Positions 61,101-64,000 of a stretch of DNA of 64,000 bases are shown here, piece by piece (the first letter of the stretch is position 1; the number at the start of each line of letters is the position of its first letter). Below the pieces are notes generated by a model, which was not told where the DNA came from, made no database searches, and was given only the letters and a program-made list of their open reading frames with translations. The stretch covers positions 9,453 through 73,452 of the forward strand of contig CAYHCG010000006.1 in NCBI GenBank assembly GCA_964355135.1. The letters run 5' to 3'. The DNA is from Candidatus Woesearchaeota archaeon (GTDB lineage: Archaea; Nanobdellota; Nanobdellia; Pacearchaeales; GW2011-AR1). Both the position numbers and the translations under genes were made by a program.

Positions 61101-61103
61101 TGA
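52104..61103 (+). CDS. giant surface protein C (2999 aa)
   Basis: GTG start with a GAGGT about 10 nt upstream. A basic N-terminus (KKYGPYYYENKRVGDKVVTTYLG) and a TM (FFILGIILIIGFSFVFYFIG) are followed by a Gly/Ser/Glu linker. It shares the AEHLD module (54225-54674). It also has a long Cys-rich region with a DDDCDGLID motif, two tandem beta-helix units and terminal Ig-like domains. No C-terminal hydrophobic segment or HTH tail. Confidence 0.9.
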   Translation: MVHKKYKWKNGKKYGPYYYENKRVGDKVVTTYLGRHHKLESKNEDKNVGELTVTSKKNYFFILGIILIIGFSFVFYFIGKGVFFSPDFKAIEINLDKENYNAGEQLKGNVLLNLRQGELIPIDSKVMITFEGIEKEISVGENVGVDKNKGTYYLTNGELIGSGEGYGIAGTKEIYPEIEFELILTETNGGEVNADSEENVSDGVIGGGGDGESSGGGNEGPAIEENTGETLPENEEGQIPIVSEETPQTQTEPEEAPTGEVTLESVQPETGNSETVQETTQEATVSDTAESSSDNGGDSSPSGESSGGTESGGGEVNGGEVSLSPNEEIISGKVRKGEDFIYEIKEGQLVKVKEGSVKVNGESVEDNLVELKIEDGKVIVSTTYAEIEEGFGEEFLGDEFLEIRINIDELGFIVNEEGSLDVGLIIGEREVLKTTKEIILREVNESIINQSELIETPINEAIINQTIVNETILNETIIETNVSNLTGYGAILGQPVKWVKRVEVLTGETAVKFDVPKSAEKLIAKKRDNRGREVEIEDFEKGEIKKFEFEGEVDSGKKDDVKSELNDSIINETIVEENKDDNILDENKNIGTGNEENENVGIGNGENIDSIVEPEISLSPEIVEGKEINVNVPINALEVVLEYETPAPYAIEEETSKGKIVNVIGPNDVHYENVLIFTNLNEGLNIIDSSKIRIIWKETGQVINVLNANDTNNNSIIDYIQFVAPSLSNQTFEIIVITKAEHLDQNRSFINDIFDSVKAQDGIWSEIINDGEYVRVTFEIPLDKTRDITLWPRTVSGISRVEVYEIDGNTTVASFESLNDNEYNKVYLTGLADGVSQDTFDLKVMGGSVELDHVIDPQPSGATRSCNMNGSASSTGVKCLNGAAGKNEDWTNGTIDSCIDKTSTPTVYVRDMWVNDSNIKSGDSVNVSCSFVGGGSTRLASFFYNDGVSGWINTSSFLYGTGSGNINITHPIKIANKSGIHYFRCWISSDSTSCNTTTPCCGNSMADNDDFSFSACGTAGVATSSLSNCCPGLIAIHNGTNLVCGTESDCSSYPKRYCQNATGDYGICVNYNATGSLITGVCDTVAPVASNSSSEAFLSCVADKWRNCDNTLIGIGFSNDGICVDNDVCSILSVGGKNDTDKQPDTLVANISCTDTDYGCFNSSYDGRTCVGIPITPVSSPEPSKIGIIAGNKSGGAGGNGDDASPCCYQDTFFVFDGTGDHIYGRNESDSTPYEGCGYNFPKDGLTCVNYRQYANWDGINDTDIGVSVNSTSCELGLVSKNSSGNYLNTCSGNENGTCDTDITLSGYVPDGTCYNTNGQGVQCETDDANGSTTTTNCIYNGEILPHGQTGNYTAGGNASILCANSNLYYCVYQADLSPTVGINRTNNCDPVPGTNLICQNAGVTKGLWLTTIFDGASCTCSKGTECSSGLCEELSGQGYCRGSCNFAGNMCSNNSQSYLVGGTCTDFDGCIMGPIYKSTSLVLRPGCTSGNAGVNICDNNGTGGFIVEGICTNNGSGFGVCDTNDTYFDDEAGIYYANVQVNMTNYTSELNNGGGFGDSCDNNVSNGLYSAVGMAVSNLGNMTLTCNAFSRTVMINATNSLYVGNCSLGGGERCDNSTGLLGGSISDSFFANGICVNNSDVAHCSTTTAARNNYTNGSLYGASLIYSSSCTFLANNSQCDLDVSDSYFNFTNNTGTTSGVCYSGSCVQCGQFEIAPTQCSGGIDDDCDGLIDSNDPNCQPPIVTINFPTNRTYFSSNLHLSFNVSLNIDTGSVRYSLDGGINNKTMYNSSGGMIGRYFNATNSSIADGNYTFRVYANDSWGNKNETAKVNFTFENTDLTGCKNLTYAGQTYRLIGDIQTTSTCFNILANNITLDGNGMSIVYGNQSGGTYYGVTANNFNDLIIKNLSVSRGTSAGSNDLRYGIYLIRSTNYLVKDIKANNNYYGIYLNDPSLGFSSYSNLNNIIANNNSIGINVRKIHSLNFNNIVANNNSNRAIYVQDASYNIFNNLIANYNNISVEFRELSQYSQFNTINTFDFNYNKKGIVLVSSYGNTISNGRINSTSGNAVEVFTSSVSFANYLSNVAISNTNFSFYDLKVSVPDIGELSLNNMPHIGNYSFDAGGNLITINNSFGEIKFLNGITGSGTNLTADVRIGNNSATVMSNINPGLNRSANITLYGIGERGFVSPVLLRDSLNCGNSCNNFTALNASEVRFNVTGWTDYSIGEEVYLSDCGVLNVANRYYRLLNNITTTGTCFIINATNVTLDGQGKKIIYGDQLGSSFYGVISNGYNNTIVKNVTISRGSLSLSSNTRYGIYYLNNINGRIEYVNTSSNLRGISLSTSSNNSILNNIANSNALRGILISGGSNNSLINNTVNNNGQVGIETASRSKFINNTVNNHSLYGIYVTGSYNSLILNTINNSNLGIYILGGNNNITNNTLIFNNDGITIGASSSNNRLENNLFVSNNFGIRLISDSVTNMITGGIINNSRNNAIDIGPSSNDNNFTNISILSTNKSFYDIRFNSAGINGNYLIDMPHIGNYSFAGAGGTVYFKNSQYGEIRFLSAINGSGTNLSNDVRIGNNSVTVLSNNNPGLNRSADITLYGIGNRGFTNPTMLRNGVNCGNICRNFTALNAPEVRFNVTSWTNYSIGNSTNSAPNDPLTKINSTDGSNRTKQDLHCFDRLLDVDNNTMNVSVVWYNNSIFKFQFDYNNSYMNGTLFNATLGHFNTTKGENWSCALRLYDGQLYSAWRNSTNLTILNSLPNATLLLPTNNNYTIDRTPVFNWSILDDDGDVVSSHFNLSCYSGCSLDNRSVMVGGGQNASYEIVGDLQYLVDDTYYYNWSVRANDSVGFGNWASDYRLNIQSYVAINLTRDYINFGSITIGTNDTTDDSPLPFLLKNIGNVFVNVSINASDLWISAVNPTPYYQFKVDNYAGQAGAFNWAASTTSFTSVPNRTIVPRIMSGFNYTDTRNTAEIDVNITVPPGEGAGVKSSIITFVASRT

Positions 61104-61591
61104 TTAAAAATAAAAAAGTAATCGCAATGGATTTGATTTTAATAGTGGGAACTTTTGTAGTTTTATTTGGAATATTTTCTTTTTACTCTAGTAAACCAAT
61201 AGCTTTATCTCCTAGTGATGGATTTGAGACTAAGAATACCTTTGTTTTATTTGAATTTGAAAATGCGGAATCAATCTTAATAGACGACAATTCCCAATTT
61301 AGTTCTCCAACAACCTATTATGTAAAGGATAATTTTGTTATAAACTTGAAGCCGGGAATTTACTATTGGAAACTGGAAGGAGAAAAAGAATTAAGACAAT
61401 TTACTATTGAATCGGAAGTAAGTCTGAAGTTAAGAGATAATGGCGAAAGATATGAAATTGTTAATGCAGGCAATGAAAACTTGGAAGTCGATGTCTATGA
61501 ATTCGGAGAACTAAAAGAGAATGTTGTCTTAGATGTTTATAGCAGTCAGGAAACAAATGGGGATGCATTTGTTGGGAGGCAGAATGATTAG
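61100..61591 (+). CDS. signal-anchored small beta-rich protein, start overlaps the giant C stop (ATGA)
   Basis: N-terminal TM MDLILIVGTFVVLFGIFSF. GIYYWKLEG resembles the KYYWK strand that ends the LamG-containing units of A and B. Confidence 0.6.
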   Translation: MIKNKKVIAMDLILIVGTFVVLFGIFSFYSSKPIALSPSDGFETKNTFVLFEFENAESILIDDNSQFSSPTTYYVKDNFVINLKPGIYYWKLEGEKELRQFTIESEVSLKLRDNGERYEIVNAGNENLEVDVYEFGELKENVVLDVYSSQETNGDAFVGRQND

Positions 61592-62786
61592 AAAGGCTAT
61601 TTTATTGCTTATTTTGGTTTTGTTGACTGCTAAAGTTATGGCCTTAGGAATAACTCCTGGAAGGATGACCTTTGATTATGAGCCTGGACTAGAAAAGAAA
61701 GTAGACTTTTCCGTGGTTAATAATGAAAAGAAAGATGTACAATTCGTTATTTTAGTAAATGGGGAATTTAATCAGAGTATCTCACTTAGCGAGGTTTCCT
61801 TTACGATGTCTGCGAATGAGGAAAGTAAGGCACTAAGTTATACTCTAAAGATGCCGCAGGATTTGTCTCCTGGATTACATACTACCGAGATACAGGTATT
61901 GCAACTTGGCGAAAAATCTTCTAGCGGCGACTCCTTTGTGGGAGGTTTAGTGGGGGTTGCAACGCAGCTGTATGTCAATGTTCCTTATCCTGGAAAATAC
62001 GCAGAAGGAGAACTAAATATTGTAGCGGAGGATAGCGGGAAAATTACTTTTGCAATGCCTATAATTAATAGGGGAGGCCTGGATTTAGTAAGGGTCAAGG
62101 GAGTAGTTGATATTTATTCTTCACTAAATGAGAAAATTACTAGTGTAAATACTAATGAAATTTCATTAAGTAGCAAGGAGAGAAATGAAATTGCCGCTAC
62201 CTGGGATTCTTCTAAAGCATTGCCTGGCCCATATAGGGCTGTTGTGAGTGTATTGTATGATGAGAGAGTACTAGCTTTGGAAAAAGAATTCAATGTAGGA
62301 ACTAAAAAATTAAAGGTGGAAGATCTAGCGGTAAATGATTTTTCTCTAGGCGACATAGCTAAATTTGAAATCCTTGTAGAAAATACTTGGAGTGAGAGGA
62401 TAACTGATGTATATGCAGAGATGGTAGTCTATAATGAAGATAGAGAAAAAATGGCAGAGTTCAAGTCTGCGGATTATGATATAGGTCCTCTGAGCAAAGG
62501 TTTAATTGTTGCCTTTTGGGACACTAAAGGAGTAAAAGAAGGCACTTATGATTCTTCTCTGTTCCTTAAATATGGGGAGAATTCAGAACAAAGGGACTTG
62601 AAACTGGATATAAGCGATACAACCATTAATATCATCGGTTTTGGTTATACTTTGAGAGCTAGCTCTAAAGATGAAGAGGGACTATTGAGTACAACTAATA
62701 TACTAATTGGAGCTATAGTATTATTGATTATTATTAATTTGGCTTGGTTTACGTTCTTAAGGAAGAAATTTGTGAAAAAGAAATGA
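61584..62786 (+). CDS. secreted multi-beta-sandwich protein with C-terminal TM plus basic tail
   Basis: Start set at MIRKAILLLILVLLTAKVMA with a GGGAGG RBS. C-terminus ILIGAIVLLIIINLAWFTFLRKKFVKKK. Overlaps the upstream stop. Confidence 0.7.
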   Translation: MIRKAILLLILVLLTAKVMALGITPGRMTFDYEPGLEKKVDFSVVNNEKKDVQFVILVNGEFNQSISLSEVSFTMSANEESKALSYTLKMPQDLSPGLHTTEIQVLQLGEKSSSGDSFVGGLVGVATQLYVNVPYPGKYAEGELNIVAEDSGKITFAMPIINRGGLDLVRVKGVVDIYSSLNEKITSVNTNEISLSSKERNEIAATWDSSKALPGPYRAVVSVLYDERVLALEKEFNVGTKKLKVEDLAVNDFSLGDIAKFEILVENTWSERITDVYAEMVVYNEDREKMAEFKSADYDIGPLSKGLIVAFWDTKGVKEGTYDSSLFLKYGENSEQRDLKLDISDTTINIIGFGYTLRASSKDEEGLLSTTNILIGAIVLLIIINLAWFTFLRKKFVKKK

Positions 62787-62787
62787 C

Positions 62788-63069
62788 TTAGATAAAACTT
62801 ACAACTCCCTTTGCCAATAAAAGAAAAGTTGGGATCCAGAGAAGAATGGAAGGAAGTGTAAAGAATATTGCAAATATAAGCAGGAGTGAGGAAAATAAGT
62901 CAACTACGCTTAACATATCTCCTGTTATTATGAAAAGGCCTTTGGCAAATAACAATCCTGCTGCAAATAACATAAGTTGCAGCGGGAGGCTTGCCCCAAA
63001 TATAAGCATAAGGAATACAATTGCTGAGATAAGATCAATTGCTCCTAGGATTTTAACAAATACCATCAT
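62788..63069 (-). CDS. small three-helix membrane protein
   Basis: 93 aa, almost entirely hydrophobic helices. Confidence 0.5.
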   Translation of the reverse strand: MMVFVKILGAIDLISAIVFLMLIFGASLPLQLMLFAAGLLFAKGLFIITGDMLSVVDLFSSLLLIFAIFFTLPSILLWIPTFLLLAKGVVSFI

Positions 63070-63207
63070 GAATGCAGAAAATATGATTATTTATTGCTTT
63101 TGTTTTAAGACGATTTTATTTTTGTTACTATCAACGTAGAAAAAATTCTGCGAAAGATTTATAAAGCATTTGTAATTATGATATATTAGTTTTAAAAAGA
63201 GAGAAAG

Positions 63208-63420
63208 ATGGATAAACAAAAAGCGGCTGTGATTCTTTTGGTTATTGCTATAGTCATGTCTGCTATATCTGTAGTTATCAGTATTTCAAGTTTCTCTCAA
63301 CTAGAGCCAATGGGCGGTTCAACTAATAAGATTACTAATTACTTTTATACCACCGGCGCAAGTCAGAGTAGTGGTGGTGGGGAAATCGGAATAACTATCC
63401 TTCCTCCTGAGGGTCCATAA
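63208..63420 (+). CDS. small N-terminally anchored protein
   Basis: MDKQKAAVILLVIAIVMSAISVVISI then a Gly/Ser-rich segment. 70 aa. Confidence 0.4.
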   Translation: MDKQKAAVILLVIAIVMSAISVVISISSFSQLEPMGGSTNKITNYFYTTGASQSSGGGEIGITILPPEGP

Positions 63421-63422
63421 AA

Positions 63423-64000
63423 ATGGTAAATGAAAAGAGTTTAATGATTGTTGCGGTTATTGCCGTTATTGTTTCTGCTGTAGCAATGATGGTTGCTGTG
63501 ATAAATGCGGGCAATGTCAATAATTGGGTTCTAGGACTTTCTCCTGGGAACACTACAAATCAAACTTATGGTACTGTTAACGTTACTATAGTTCAAAATT
63601 TAGTTATAAACTTTTCTAGCGATAAAATTATTTGGGGAAGAGGAAGTGTAAATGCAGGTGAGACAAGCGCCATTTTAGATAGCGCTCAAAGCGTAACTGC
63701 TGTTAATGGAAATTGGAATAGAAGCGTTATGACTATTGGAGCTACGCCGGGAGAAGGTGACGGAGCTACTACCCCTCAGGGTTTTGTTTTACAGAATATA
63801 GGAAATATCAATGCACATCTTTATTTGAGAACTGATAAGGACGCTACACAGTTCCTTGGTCCTAGCACAAACCCTGTTTATCAGTACAATGTGTCAAATG
63901 CTGGAGGATGCGCAGTTGCTAATCAGACATTGTCTGCCCCGGGTTATGGTTCATACTTTGATGTCAACACAACAAACCCTGGTACTAAAGTTTGTAATCA
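63423..64000 (+). CDS. 3'-truncated signal-anchored Ig-like surface protein
   Basis: The frame is open from the ATG at 63423 to the window end. The N-terminus MVNEKSLMIVAVIAVIVSAV resembles that of 39741 (MVNKISLFVSIIIVIAVG). FVLQNIGNINAHLYL resembles FLLKNIGNVFVNVSI at the end of giant C. Confidence 0.6.
   Translation, partial: MVNEKSLMIVAVIAVIVSAVAMMVAVINAGNVNNWVLGLSPGNTTNQTYGTVNVTIVQNLVINFSSDKIIWGRGSVNAGETSAILDSAQSVTAVNGNWNRSVMTIGATPGEGDGATTPQGFVLQNIGNINAHLYLRTDKDATQFLGPSTNPVYQYNVSNAGGCAVANQTLSAPGYGSYFDVNTTNPGTKVCN

Noticed and set aside
20411-64000. The surface island as a prophage or integrative element
   Set aside because: I recognised no integrase, transposase, capsid, terminase or att-like direct repeats. 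The flanking tRNAs are about 8-10 kb away from the island start.

Overview
AT-rich (roughly one-third G+C by eye, not computed) archaeal chromosome segment. It is most consistent with a small-genome DPANN-like archaeon: archaeal Cdc48, a deoxyhypusine-synthase-like gene, a TrmB regulator, a tRNA with a bulge-helix-bulge intron, GGAGG-led genes and several GTG/TTG starts. Nt 1-20,000 hold housekeeping and small accessory genes: Cdc48, rhomboid, SET-domain protein, HAD hydrolase, Obg-family GTPase, HD hydrolase, two tRNAs and a VapBC-like pair. Nt 20,400-64,000 form a cell-surface island of about 44 kb. The island encodes three giant ORFs (2962, 1625 and 2999 aa) rich in N-x-S/T sequons, with LamG/ConA-like, beta-helix, FN3/Ig-like and Cys-rich modules. 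Two of the giants end in a short hydrophobic segment, a polybasic stop-transfer and a tail of about 170-185 aa carrying two sigma70-region-4-like HTH units. Each giant is followed by small paralogous secreted or tail-anchored beta-sandwich proteins. Two secreted zinc metalloproteases end in Hint (intein/Hedgehog-type) domains, and one of them is split by a frameshift. Non-coding signals include a ~100-nt four-hairpin element in two copies with compensatory substitutions, one copy splitting a UPF0175-like ORF. There are also a tandemly duplicated intergenic unit, twin covarying hairpins, and long inverted repeats upstream of all three giant genes. No rRNA, CRISPR array, transposase or integrase was recognised. 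All family assignments are motif recognition by eye, not database searches.
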